DNA of 64,000 bases. Source: an uncultured Gemmatimonadales bacterium (GTDB lineage: Bacteria > Gemmatimonadota > Gemmatimonadetes > Gemmatimonadales > GWC2-71-9). The notes beneath the pieces were generated by a model, which saw nothing but the letters and a program-made list of their open reading frames with translations, did not search any database and had not been told where the DNA came from. Location of the stretch: contig CAWCFX010000006.1 in the NCBI GenBank assembly GCA_963795085.1, positions 672,001 through 736,000 on the forward strand. Reading direction: 5' to 3'. Positions within the stretch are counted from its first letter, which is position 1. Every line of letters starts with the position of its first letter. A program made the position numbers and the translations under genes. Positions 1-9,539 of this stretch are shown here, in pieces.

Positions 1-122
1 GGCATTTCCTGGACACCGCGTCATTGCCGCCTGGGAGGCCGGCGCCGGCAGCCTGAAAACGGGAACCGGCCGACCTGGTTGCGGCACTGGCCCCGACCAG
101 GCGGATATCGTTCAGGACAAAG

Positions 123-1073
123 TCAGAGCCGCGCCAGGAAGTCCCGCATCCGGTGCATGTAGGTGTGCCGGCTCAGGGCGGCCTGGCGCGCGGCCCGGGC
201 CAGCCGTTCCCGGCGGGGCTGGTCGGCCAGGGTCTGCCGCACCTGGTCCCGCAAGGTGGCGACGCTGTTGTGCACCAGGACTTCCTCGCCCGGCGCCAGG
301 TAGTCCGCCAGACCGGGCCGCTGTTCCACCGCCTGGGGCACCCCGATCGCCGCGATCTCGAAGAGCCGGGCGTTGACCGGACTCTCGGCCCCGGCGGCGT
401 CGCTGTCGCGGTGCAGGTTGATGCCGATGGTTCCACCGGCGTAGGCGCGGACATAGTTGTCCATGGACAGCAGTTCCCCCCGGCAATACTCCCGGAGGCC
501 GGTCTTCTTCCACCCCGGCCCCCACAGCGCCAGCCCGAACTCCACCAGCTCTCCCAGCACTGATTCCCGGTACGGCGTCGCCGTCCCCGCGAACACGACG
601 TTGGCGCGGAACGGGTCCCGCACCCGGAGCGGCCGGTGCACCGAGGGATCGCAGCCGGCGTCCAGCGAATGCACCGGGCGGTCCAGGCTCCGGGCCCAGC
701 GGCTGGCCCTCCGGGCACCGGCCGCAAAGACGATATCGGTGGGAACCAGGCCGGGAGGCGGCGCGTCCGGCGGCGACTCCTGCCAGGGAAACCAGAACGC
801 CCAGCGGGCGGTCGTCGCGGGGCGCAGCGGGTCCACTGCACCCCGCCGCAGCACCTCCCCGTCAGTCACCAGGATGACCTCCGGCGCCGAGTGCCCGATC
901 GCCTGTTCCAGGCGGACGGTGAGATCCCGCTGGGTCAGCCGGTCCAGCCAGCCGGTGCGTTCGAGGTTGAAGGGAGTCACGGTGGCGCCCAGCCGTTCCA
1001 GCGCCCGCTGGTAGAGGGGGGCGTGGCCCTGGCGGGACTCGTTGAACCGGGCGACGAGCAGAACCTTCACCAT
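123..1073 (-). CDS. CgeB-like glycosyltransferase (GT-B fold)
   Basis: Motifs FAGT..PYRE, GINLH, NARLFEIAAIG, HTYMHR are typical of the CgeB/Glyco_trans_1_2 family; ATG overlaps the stop of the upstream ABC gene (TGATG). Confidence 0.8.
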   Translation of the reverse strand: MVKVLLVARFNESRQGHAPLYQRALERLGATVTPFNLERTGWLDRLTQRDLTVRLEQAIGHSAPEVILVTDGEVLRRGAVDPLRPATTARWAFWFPWQESPPDAPPPGLVPTDIVFAAGARRASRWARSLDRPVHSLDAGCDPSVHRPLRVRDPFRANVVFAGTATPYRESVLGELVEFGLALWGPGWKKTGLREYCRGELLSMDNYVRAYAGGTIGINLHRDSDAAGAESPVNARLFEIAAIGVPQAVEQRPGLADYLAPGEEVLVHNSVATLRDQVRQTLADQPRRERLARAARQAALSRHTYMHRMRDFLARL

Positions 1074-2905
1074 CACCGGCTTTCGGCCACCGCGTCCAGA
1101 TCTTCGTCGCGGAACTGGAGGTCGTAGAGCCGGCGGTACAGTCCCCCCCGGCGGAACAATTCCTCGTGGGACCCGGACTCCACGACGCGGCCGTCGTTCA
1201 GCACCACGATCCGGTCGGCGTGGCGTACGGTGGCGAGGCGGTGGGCGATCACCAGCACGGTGCGGTCTCGCATGAGCCGGTCGATCGCCTCCTGGACCAG
1301 CCGCTCCGACTCCGCGTCGAGCGCACTGGTCGCCTCGTCCAGGACCAGGATCGGTGCATCCCGCAGCAGCGCCCGGGCGATGGCGATCCGCTGGCGCTGG
1401 CCGCCGGAAAGCCGGGCGCCCCGCTCGCCCAGCATGGTGTCGTACCCCTGCGGCAGCTGGGCGATGAAGTCGGTGGCGTTGGCGGCCCGGGCCGCCTCTT
1501 CGATCCGCTCGGGGCTGGCATCGGGCTGTCCGTAGGCGATGTTGGCCCGCACGGTATCGTTGAGAAGCAGTGTATCCTGCCCGACCACCGCGATCAGGCG
1601 CCGGAGCGAGTGGCGGCGGAGGCGGGTGAGCGGCACCCCGTCCATCAGGATCCGGCCCTTCACCGGGTCGTGGAAGCGGGGAAGCAGGTCCACCAGCGTG
1701 GTCTTGCCGGCGCCGGACGGCCCGACCAGGGCCACCACCTGGCCCTTGGGCACCTGGAAGGTGATGTCGCGGAGCACTGGATCGCCGGTGCCATAGCGGA
1801 ACGACACGTCGTCGAATGCGATCTCCCGTTCAAAGCCGGCATCCACTTCGCCGGGGCGGTCCACATCGGTAGGGGCCAGGTCCAGCAGGTGAAAGACCCG
1901 GTCCGCGCTGGCCAGGGCCACGGCGAGCACGGCCGGAAACTGGCTGAGCGACTTGATGGGGGACATCATCTTGAGCGAGGCGACCAGGAAGGCGATCAGC
2001 GCCTCGGGACTCAGCGGCAGGCCACCGGTGCCGAACACCGGGCTGGTGCCGGCCCACACGATCAGGATCACCAGGACCCCGCCGAAGACTTCGCTCACCG
2101 GGCTGGTCAGCGAGGAATAGCGCTGGGTGCGGATGACCCGCTTGCGGTAGCTGTTCGCCTGGTCCTGGAAGCGCGCGGTCTCCTGCTCTTCCGCCCCGTA
2201 GGCCCGGATCAGCTTGATGGCGCCCAGCCGCTCGGCGACCGTGGCGGTGATCTCGCCCCGTTCTTCGGCCCGGGCCCGGGAGTGGCGGCGGAGCCGGCGC
2301 AGCAGCTGCTGGATTCCGAGGACGAGGACCGGGGCCGCGGCAAGGGTGAGCAGGGTGAGCTTCCAGGAGGTGAGCCAGAGGATCACCAGCGTCACCACGA
2401 TGACCATGAAGTTCTGGAAGAAGGCCGCCAGCGCGGCGGTGACCGCGGTCTTGGTGGCGTCCACGTCGTTGATCATCCCGCTGATCAGCTGCCCGGCGCG
2501 GGTCCGCTGGAAAAAATCGAGATCGAGCGTGAGCAGGTGGCGGAACAGCTTGCCGCGAAGGTCGCGCACCAGGCCTTCCTGCATGGCCACGTTGAGCTGG
2601 CTGGAGGCGTACCCCATTGCGTTCTTGAACAGCAGGCCCACCAGCAGGATGACGACGATCCGGGCCGTCGCCTCGCCGGGCGAGGCGCCGGCCAGGAAGG
2701 GCCGCAGCAGCCATTCGCTCAGGTCTTCCAGCCGGGTGGACTGGCCCAGGGCGCCCGCGGTGCCGAACAGCCGCTTGAGCAGCGGAATCAGCACCACGAT
2801 CGTGAAGCCGTCCAGCAGCGAAGCGAGGAAGGTCGTGAGCATCCCCAGGGCGAAAAGCCCCCGGTAGGGATGCATATGGGAAAGCAGGCGGCGTCCCGTG
2901 CGCAT
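1073..2905 (-). CDS. msbA: MsbA-like ABC exporter (fused TM + ATPase)
   Basis: N-terminal TM helices, Walker A GPSGAGKT, signature LSGGQRQR, Walker B LVLDEATSALD, H-loop IAHRL; LPS context. Confidence 0.8.
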   Translation of the reverse strand: MRTGRRLLSHMHPYRGLFALGMLTTFLASLLDGFTIVVLIPLLKRLFGTAGALGQSTRLEDLSEWLLRPFLAGASPGEATARIVVILLVGLLFKNAMGYASSQLNVAMQEGLVRDLRGKLFRHLLTLDLDFFQRTRAGQLISGMINDVDATKTAVTAALAAFFQNFMVIVVTLVILWLTSWKLTLLTLAAAPVLVLGIQQLLRRLRRHSRARAEERGEITATVAERLGAIKLIRAYGAEEQETARFQDQANSYRKRVIRTQRYSSLTSPVSEVFGGVLVILIVWAGTSPVFGTGGLPLSPEALIAFLVASLKMMSPIKSLSQFPAVLAVALASADRVFHLLDLAPTDVDRPGEVDAGFEREIAFDDVSFRYGTGDPVLRDITFQVPKGQVVALVGPSGAGKTTLVDLLPRFHDPVKGRILMDGVPLTRLRRHSLRRLIAVVGQDTLLLNDTVRANIAYGQPDASPERIEEAARAANATDFIAQLPQGYDTMLGERGARLSGGQRQRIAIARALLRDAPILVLDEATSALDAESERLVQEAIDRLMRDRTVLVIAHRLATVRHADRIVVLNDGRVVESGSHEELFRRGGLYRRLYDLQFRDEDLDAVAESR

Positions 2906-2927
2906 CAGGGGGCGGAGCGCCGGGCGG

Positions 2928-4496
2928 TCACCGGCTCTTCCGGGGGCTCAGCAGCGCGATGGGGAGCACGACTTCTTCCGGCGTCACCCCGCCGTGCAGA
3001 AAGGCGCCCCGGTAGCGGGCCTGGTACTCCCGCAGCTTGGTGGGATAGACGAAGAACCGGTCCCCGGTCGCCAGCAGCAGGCGGACTCCCGGTCCCCGGG
3101 GGGGCAGGCCGAAACTCCGGAGATCATCGACGACCAGGGCCGCATCCCGATCCTGGGTGCGAAGATCCTCGCCGAACTTGTAGCGCAGGTTGGCGGTGGC
3201 GTCCCGCTTGGCGTAGATGGTGGCGGGGGTGTGGCAGTGAATGGAGCCGTGGTCGGTGGTGAGAAGGACCGGGACATTCCGCCGCTCGGCTTCGCGCAGG
3301 GCGCTCCAGAGGGCCGACCGCTCGAACCAGGTCCGCGTGAGGCTGCGGAGCGCCGGCGTGTCCCGGGCCACCTCGAAGAGGGTCGAGTTTTCGGTGCGGC
3401 CGTGAGTCAGCTGGTCGATGAAATTGAAGACCAGCGCGGTCACGCCCTCCTGCGACAGGTGCGCCGGCAGCCGCTTGAGCAGCGTCTCGCCATCGGCGGC
3501 GGTAAAGACCTTTTCATAGCGGACCGGCACTTTCCGCCCGGTGAGTTCCTCCATCTGTTCGCTCAGGAGCTCGGCCTCGTGAGCGTTGAGCGAGGAGTCG
3601 TCGCTCTCTTTCCAGCGGCCCGGGTGCCGCTCCGCCAGTTCCACCGGGAAAAGTCCGCTGAAAATGGCGTTCCGCGCAAACGGCGTGGCGGTGGGCAGGA
3701 TCGAAAAGTAATGGGCGGTCTCGATGTCGAAGACCGTGCTGATCAGCGGCCGGAGCACCTCCCACTGATCCAGCCGGAGACAGTCCACCACCACCAGCAT
3801 GACCTTGCCGTTCTCCTTGAGGACCGGCTGCAGGAATTCCGCGCCGATGTCCACCGAGAGCGGCGGGCGATCGCTGTTGCCCTCCGCCAGCCAGCGGGCG
3901 TAGTTCCGCTCGATGAACCGGGCGAAATCCTGCCGCAGGCTTTCCTGCAGGTTCCGGAGCGCCTCCTGCAACCCCGGCTCATCCACCCGGCCCAGCCGGA
4001 CCTCCCATTCCGCCAGTTCCGCGACCAGGGCCACCCATTCCCGCCAGGACAGCTGGCTGCCGCGGCTTCCCTCCAGCTCCCGGAAACGGGTGGCGAAGTC
4101 CCGGGACAACCGCTGCTGCCGGATCCGCTCGCCATCCAGCAGCCGGGTCACCACCGACAGCACCTGGCGGGGGTTCACTGGCTTGACCAGGTAATCGCTG
4201 ATTTCGGCGCCAATGGCGTCCTTCAGGGTGTCGGGCTCCTCGCTCTTGGTGACCATGACCACCGGCATGGCGTGGTCGATCGCGCGGATGGCCCGGAACA
4301 GTTCGAGGCCCCGCCGGCCCGGCATGTGCTCGTCGAGCAGCACCACCCCGTATGGCTGGCGCTGCAGCAGGACGAGGGCGTCGTCGCCGTGGGCGGTCTT
4401 CTCGACCTGGAAACCGTGCTCCTCCAGGAACAGGATGTGGGAGGTCAGGCTTTCGACCTCGTCATCGACCCAGAGGATGCTTTTCGGGCGTGGCAT
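2928..4496 (-). CDS. PorX-like response regulator: receiver domain + PglZ/alkaline-phosphatase domain
   Basis: REC motifs ILWVDDE, LLDEHMPG, MVTKSEE, YLVKP; PglZ motifs VVDCLRLDQW, LPTATPFARNAIFSG, TTDHG, HGGVTPEE. Confidence 0.88.
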   Translation of the reverse strand: MPRPKSILWVDDEVESLTSHILFLEEHGFQVEKTAHGDDALVLLQRQPYGVVLLDEHMPGRRGLELFRAIRAIDHAMPVVMVTKSEEPDTLKDAIGAEISDYLVKPVNPRQVLSVVTRLLDGERIRQQRLSRDFATRFRELEGSRGSQLSWREWVALVAELAEWEVRLGRVDEPGLQEALRNLQESLRQDFARFIERNYARWLAEGNSDRPPLSVDIGAEFLQPVLKENGKVMLVVVDCLRLDQWEVLRPLISTVFDIETAHYFSILPTATPFARNAIFSGLFPVELAERHPGRWKESDDSSLNAHEAELLSEQMEELTGRKVPVRYEKVFTAADGETLLKRLPAHLSQEGVTALVFNFIDQLTHGRTENSTLFEVARDTPALRSLTRTWFERSALWSALREAERRNVPVLLTTDHGSIHCHTPATIYAKRDATANLRYKFGEDLRTQDRDAALVVDDLRSFGLPPRGPGVRLLLATGDRFFVYPTKLREYQARYRGAFLHGGVTPEEVVLPIALLSPRKSR

Positions 4497-4581
4497 GACC
4501 GCAAACTAGCCGGTTGGCAGTCGGCCGGGGAAGCAGGACGCGCTTCCGCGGCTCCCGCCCGGGCGGTACATTCCCGCGCCC

Positions 4582-5592
4582 ATGCCCGATCCTCGCATTC
4601 TTCTCATCCGTTTCAGCTCCATCGGTGACATCCTCCTGGCGACGCCGCTCGTCCGGGCGCTGCGCGCCCGCCATCCCGGCGCCCACCTGGCGTTCCTGAC
4701 CAGGGAGCCCTTCACGCCCCTGGTGCGGGACAACTCCCGGCTGAGCGAAGTCATCGGCTATCGCCGGGACCAGCCGCTGGACGAGCTGGCCGCGGCGCTC
4801 CGCCTCCGCAACTTCAGCCACGTGCTGGACCTGCACGGCAGCCTGCGCAGCCGGGCGCTCCGATTCCTGGTGCCGGCCCGGTGGAGCCGGTACCGGAACC
4901 ACCGGCTCGCCCGGGAGATCCTGATCCGCTATAAGAAGAACGTGTATCCCCGGCCGGTCCCGGTGCCGGAACGGTATTTCGAGGCGGCCCGCGGCCTCGG
5001 CGTGCTGCCGGACGGCCTGCCCCCCGAGTTCTTTCTGTCCGCCGCGGCGAAGGAGGAAGCCGGCGCCTGGCTCCTCGGCGCCGGGCTGCCGGCGGGCCGG
5101 GGGTGGATCGGGCTGGCGCCGGGCGCCGCGCACCAGACCAAGCGGTGGCCGCAGGAGTACTGGCAGGAACTGGCGACTCGCCTTACGGCCGCCGGGTACT
5201 CGGTCATCGCGGTAGGAGGCCCCGAAGATCTCGCGGCGGGCGAGGCGGTGGCGGCGGCGGGCGGAACCGCCGCGGTGAACGCGGCAGGGCGGTTTGGCCT
5301 GCAGGGCACCGGCGCCATCCTGGCCCGGTGCGGGGCTGTGGTGTCGGGCGACACCGGCGTGATGCACATGGCCACCGGGGTCGGCTCCCCGGTGGTGGCG
5401 CTCTTCGGCCCCACCGTGCGTCCCTTCGGGTTCTTTCCTTATTCGCCGAAGGCGACCGTGGTGGAACAGGACCTCGCCTGCCGTCCCTGCTCCGCCCACG
5501 GTTCGGCCCGCTGCCCGCTGGGTCACCACCGCTGCCTGCGGGACACCCTCCCCGGGGCGGTCGAGCACATCGTGCGGGGGGTTGCCGCGTGA
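4582..5592 (+). CDS. GT9 glycosyltransferase (LPS heptosyltransferase, WaaF-like)
   Basis: IRFSSIGDILL, APGAAHQTKRWP, SGDTGVMHMA, ALFGPT and C-terminal CRPC..C..CL motifs. Confidence 0.9.
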   Translation: MPDPRILLIRFSSIGDILLATPLVRALRARHPGAHLAFLTREPFTPLVRDNSRLSEVIGYRRDQPLDELAAALRLRNFSHVLDLHGSLRSRALRFLVPARWSRYRNHRLAREILIRYKKNVYPRPVPVPERYFEAARGLGVLPDGLPPEFFLSAAAKEEAGAWLLGAGLPAGRGWIGLAPGAAHQTKRWPQEYWQELATRLTAAGYSVIAVGGPEDLAAGEAVAAAGGTAAVNAAGRFGLQGTGAILARCGAVVSGDTGVMHMATGVGSPVVALFGPTVRPFGFFPYSPKATVVEQDLACRPCSAHGSARCPLGHHRCLRDTLPGAVEHIVRGVAA

Positions 5593-5990
5593 CGGCCTGG
5601 GACCCCGCGTCAGCAGAACTGGTCCGGTTGCTGGCCCGCACCGCGCGGGGGCCGCGGCGGGAGGGAATCTACGCCCTCTGGCTCACGGTCCGGGTCGCCC
5701 AGGACCTTCTCGACCCAGCGGGCCATCCCGAGCGGGCCCACCGCCGCCGGGTACTGGCGCTGGAGCACCGGCTCGCGACGCTCACCCTGCCGCCCCAGCT
5801 TCGCCGGGCGCTCGCCGCCGCCATGCTTCACCTCCGCATCCCGCGCGCGGACACCGCGAGTGAAGTGCTGGGCCAACTGGCCGCGCCCGCACGGGAAGGC
5901 GCCGGACCGGAAGCCGGTGATATCATTGCCGTAGCGGCGAAAGCGGCGCGCGAACATGCGAAGGCCGCCCGCACCCGTCCCCCAGCCTGA
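5589..5990 (+). CDS. Hypothetical protein
   Basis: GTG overlaps the GT9 stop (GTGA); ends 2 nt before the next ATG; plausible helical composition. Confidence 0.65.
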   Translation: MTAWDPASAELVRLLARTARGPRREGIYALWLTVRVAQDLLDPAGHPERAHRRRVLALEHRLATLTLPPQLRRALAAAMLHLRIPRADTASEVLGQLAAPAREGAGPEAGDIIAVAAKAAREHAKAARTRPPA

Positions 5991-5992
5991 GC

Positions 5993-6796
5993 ATGTTCGA
6001 ACGGACCCGGCGGGCGCACCCTGCCTCGCTCCTGCTTCCCGCCGCGCTGGTCGCCGGCCTGGGCTGGGTGCTGGCGCACCGGCAACCCGACCTCGCCCTG
6101 CTCCGCCCCGTGGTGGAGGCGACCCGGGGGCTGGTCACCGTCCAGTTCCTGCTCTCCCTCGCGGCCTTCGGATTGGTGATCGGCATCATGCTGCTCGCCG
6201 GCCGTATCAAGCCGGACGACGCAGGACTGCAGCGGGACCTGCTGGGCCGCGGGGTCGGCGCGACCGCCATGATCTGGGGCGCGTCCCAGGTCATCGGTGT
6301 GCTCCCGCGGGTGGTCGCCAACCGGCCGGTCCTGCTCGACCCGGCGTTCGAGCATGGCTCGCGCTGGGACCTGGGTGGCCATTTTCTCACGGCCCTGGCG
6401 ACCGGGAGCCTGGAGGAACTGGTCTTTCGCGGCTTGCTCCTGGTCCAGCTCTACCGGCTCTTCAACCGGGAGCACCGGGACGAGGACGTCGGCACCCTTC
6501 CCGCCGCCGCGATCACCCTCCTGGTCGCCGGCCTCGCGGCTCTCCCGGGGGTGTGGCCCTATGCCTCTATTGAGGCGGCGGCCATCGGCCAGGGGATCCT
6601 GCTGGGCGGCGGCGCCTTTCTCTGCTGGCTCTACTTCAGGACCAAGAACCTCTTCTTCGTGATCGGTATCCACGCGCTGCTGCTCGCGCCATCGCCGGTG
6701 GTGGCGGGGCCCCGGGGCGGGGGCCAATGGTACCATCCTCTCGTGGTGGCGATCCTGGCCACCCTCTGGGCCTTGCTGTGGCCCCGCCGGGATTGA
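5993..6796 (+). CDS. CPBP (CAAX/Abi) intramembrane metalloprotease-family protein
   Basis: EELVFRG motif, LYFRTKNL..IGIH motif and multiple TM segments. Confidence 0.8.
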   Translation: MFERTRRAHPASLLLPAALVAGLGWVLAHRQPDLALLRPVVEATRGLVTVQFLLSLAAFGLVIGIMLLAGRIKPDDAGLQRDLLGRGVGATAMIWGASQVIGVLPRVVANRPVLLDPAFEHGSRWDLGGHFLTALATGSLEELVFRGLLLVQLYRLFNREHRDEDVGTLPAAAITLLVAGLAALPGVWPYASIEAAAIGQGILLGGGAFLCWLYFRTKNLFFVIGIHALLLAPSPVVAGPRGGGQWYHPLVVAILATLWALLWPRRD

Positions 6797-6828
6797 ATGA
6801 TTCCGGTGGCGCTGCCTTAAATTGAAGT

Positions 6829-7695
6829 ATGCCCTCCCGTTCTTCCCGGCCCACCTCGGCCGCCGAGTCGCTCGTCGAACGGATCGACGCCGCCGTGGGC
6901 GGCGCCCCCGCGGCCGATACCGTCCCCACTGGTTACCCCTCGATCGACAAGATGCTGGGCGGCGGTTTTCGCCGCGGCGACCTGGTCGTGCTGGCGGGGG
7001 ACGTAGGCAGCGGCAAGAGTTCGCTCGCGCTCGGGATCGCGCTGCGGGCCGCGCGGCGGGGCGCTCCGACGGTGCTCTTCTCGGGGGAGATGAGCGAGGA
7101 ACGGCTGATGGAGCGGGCGCTGGCGGCCGAGGGCAAGACGACCATCGACGAGATCCGGAACGGGAAACTCAGGGACCCGGCCCGCGCCTCGGTCGGCGCG
7201 GCGGCGGTCCGTTTGCGCAACTTGCCGCTCTCCATCCGCGCACTCCGCCAGCAGAATGACCCCGGGCTGGACAGCGCGGTTGGCATGGTGCCGCCGCCCG
7301 CCCTGGTCGTGATCGACCCGGTCCAGCTGGTGCACCCCCCCGGGTCGGGCCCCACTGCGGAGGAAACCCTGGCGCTGGCCGCCGCGTCCCTCAAGTCGCT
7401 GGCGCTGGCCCGGCACACCACCGTGCTGGCCGTGGCCCAGCTTGCCACCAATCCCGGGGGCCGCGAGGACCCCCGGCCCAGGCTGGATGACCTGGGCGGA
7501 CTGGGCGCCATCAAACAGCACGCCGATCTGGTACTCGCATTGTATCGGGAGGAGATGTACCGGCCGGGCGGAGGGATGGAAGGCGCAACCGAACTGATTG
7601 TCGCCAAGAACCGGAATGGACCCACGGGGTTCGTGGATCTCTATTTCTACCAGCGCTGGCTTCGCTTCGAGGACATGCTCGACCCCGAGGCGTAA
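6829..7695 (+). CDS. DnaB-like helicase C-terminal (RecA-fold) domain protein lacking the N-terminal domain
   Basis: VPTGYPSID, Walker A GDVGSGKS, FSGEMS, AKNRNGPTG; only 288 aa. Confidence 0.85.
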   Translation: MPSRSSRPTSAAESLVERIDAAVGGAPAADTVPTGYPSIDKMLGGGFRRGDLVVLAGDVGSGKSSLALGIALRAARRGAPTVLFSGEMSEERLMERALAAEGKTTIDEIRNGKLRDPARASVGAAAVRLRNLPLSIRALRQQNDPGLDSAVGMVPPPALVVIDPVQLVHPPGSGPTAEETLALAAASLKSLALARHTTVLAVAQLATNPGGREDPRPRLDDLGGLGAIKQHADLVLALYREEMYRPGGGMEGATELIVAKNRNGPTGFVDLYFYQRWLRFEDMLDPEA

Positions 7696-7705
7696 CCGGG
7701 AATGG

Positions 7706-8119
7706 CTATTGGGGAACCATCGTGTCGGGCCGGAACCGCGCGACTGCGCCGCCGATGCTCAGCAGCGAACCAGGCCCCGCCGTGTCAGGCCGGATGGACA
7801 CCCAGAGGGGGGGGCCCTCACGCTCGGCATACAGGGAGGTCGTGCCATCCCGCATCCTGGTGTCGCTAACCAGGCTCCACACACCACTGGAAAGGATTCT
7901 GCGGTAGTAGGTGACCATCTCTTCCGAAGACAGGCTGCTTCGGAAGGTGAGTTGGAGGGCATCCTCGCTGCCGGCACGGGACAGTACCGTGGCCAGCGGC
8001 GGCAGCGGAACATCAGGCATGGCCTGGGACAACTGCGGCGGTTCCGGCGGCTTGTCCCGGCAACCCGCCAGTGCTGCCCCCACCATGGCTAACGCGCTGA
8101 TATATCTCAGGATACGCAT
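7706..8119 (-). CDS. Hypothetical lipoprotein
   Basis: Signal peptide with lipobox LAGC. Confidence 0.7.
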   Translation of the reverse strand: MRILRYISALAMVGAALAGCRDKPPEPPQLSQAMPDVPLPPLATVLSRAGSEDALQLTFRSSLSSEEMVTYYRRILSSGVWSLVSDTRMRDGTTSLYAEREGPPLWVSIRPDTAGPGSLLSIGGAVARFRPDTMVPQ

Positions 8120-8166
8120 AGGCGGTGGAGACTAGCGGAGCCGCGCGTTCCGGTCAACCCTTTGCG

Positions 8167-8195
8167 TTGCCCAACCCTGCCGGAGCGGCTAACTT
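8167..8195 (+). promoter_or_regulatory. Putative sigma70 promoter of the yebC-ruv operon
   Basis: TTGCCC-17 nt-TAACTT, about 65 nt upstream of the yebC ATG. Confidence 0.45.
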
Positions 8196-8261
8196 TGCAC
8201 CCTGATCCCGAGATCATCCGTCCGCCCCACCCACTGACCCACCGGACCCGTTGGAGCAAGC

Positions 8262-9011
8262 ATGGCCGGCCATAGTAAATGGAAGCAGATCAAGCGAAAG
8301 AAGGCGGTAACCGACCAGAAACGGGCCGCATCCTGGACCAAGGTGATCCGGGAAATCACCATCGCCGCCAAGTCGGGCGGCGGCGACCCGGCCGGCAACC
8401 CGCGGCTCCGCCTGGCAATCGATGCCGCCAAGGCGGTCAACATGCCCAACGACAACATCGAGCGGGCGGTCAAGAAGGGCACCGGCGAACTCGAGGGCAG
8501 TTCTTATGAAGAGGTCACCTACGAGGGCTACGGGCCCGGCGGCGCGGCCATCGTGATCGAAGCGTCCACCGACAACGCCAACCGCACGGTGGCCGAGATC
8601 CGGCATGCCTTCAGCCGGAATGGCGGCAACCTGGGCGCCACCAACTCGGTGCTCTGGATGTTCGACAAGAAGGGCCAGATCTACATCGACGCGGAGAAGT
8701 ACGGGGAAGACCGGGCGCTGGAAGCGGCCCTGGAGGCCGGGGCCGAAGATTTCTCCCGGGAAGGCGAGCAATACGTGGTGGCGACCGCCCCTCATTCGCT
8801 CCACGCCGTGCAGGACGCACTCCGAGCCGGCGGCATCGAACCGGAGTCGGCCGAGATCGCGATGGTCCCCAAGAACACGGTCAAGGTCGAAGGCAAGGAC
8901 GCGGAGCGGATCCTCAAGCTGATGGAAGTGCTGGAAGACCTCGACGACGTCGGGAAGGTATTCTCCAATTTCGATATCGACGCTTCGCAGCTCGCGGAAG
9001 CCTCTGCCTGA
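8262..9011 (+). CDS. yebC: YebC/PmpR family protein
   Basis: MAGHSKW start, NPRLR, YEGYGPGG, TDNANRT, LEDLDDV; canonical position before ruvC. Confidence 0.97.
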   Translation: MAGHSKWKQIKRKKAVTDQKRAASWTKVIREITIAAKSGGGDPAGNPRLRLAIDAAKAVNMPNDNIERAVKKGTGELEGSSYEEVTYEGYGPGGAAIVIEASTDNANRTVAEIRHAFSRNGGNLGATNSVLWMFDKKGQIYIDAEKYGEDRALEAALEAGAEDFSREGEQYVVATAPHSLHAVQDALRAGGIEPESAEIAMVPKNTVKVEGKDAERILKLMEVLEDLDDVGKVFSNFDIDASQLAEASA

Positions 9012-9026
9012 AGTTTCCTCCCACCC

Positions 9027-9539
9027 ATGAAGGTACTCGGCATCGACCCCGGTACCGCGGTCATCGGCTACGGCGTGGTCGAGGACGGGCCGGTGGTCCC
9101 CCGCCTGGTGGAATGCGGGGTGATCCGCACCGCGGCCGGGGACACCCTGGCCGCCCGGCTGCGCACCATCAGCGAAGGCGTGACTGAGCTGCTCGACCGG
9201 CACCGGCCTGACGTGCTTTCCATCGAGGGAATTTTCTATTCCAGCAGCGTCCGCAACGTGCGCACGACCATTGTCCTGGGCCACGCCCGGGGAGTCATTC
9301 TTCTATCCGGCGAGCTGGCCGGCGTCACTATCGCCGAGTATCCCCCGGCCGTGGTCAAGAAGACGGTGGTGGGCCGGGGCGGCGCGATGAAGGCCCAGGT
9401 GGGGTACATGTGCGCCCAGTTGCTCCGGCTCAAGAGCCCGCCCGCGCCCGCGGACGCCGCCGATGGCGTCGCCCTGGCCCTCACCCACCTGATCCGGACC
9501 CGGGAGCCCCGCCTCACTCCGGCCCGGGCGATCCGATGA
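9027..9539 (+). CDS. ruvC: Holliday junction resolvase RuvC
   Basis: LGIDPG, GHARGV, DAADGVALA. Confidence 0.96.
   Translation: MKVLGIDPGTAVIGYGVVEDGPVVPRLVECGVIRTAAGDTLAARLRTISEGVTELLDRHRPDVLSIEGIFYSSSVRNVRTTIVLGHARGVILLSGELAGVTIAEYPPAVVKKTVVGRGGAMKAQVGYMCAQLLRLKSPPAPADAADGVALALTHLIRTREPRLTPARAIR

Noticed and set aside
1..122. Possible gene fragment at the window start
   Set aside because: Too short; no recognisable frame or motif.
2928..4496. BREX/Pgl phage defence system
   Set aside because: PglZ is fused to a receiver domain (PorX type); no brxC, pglX or brxL nearby.
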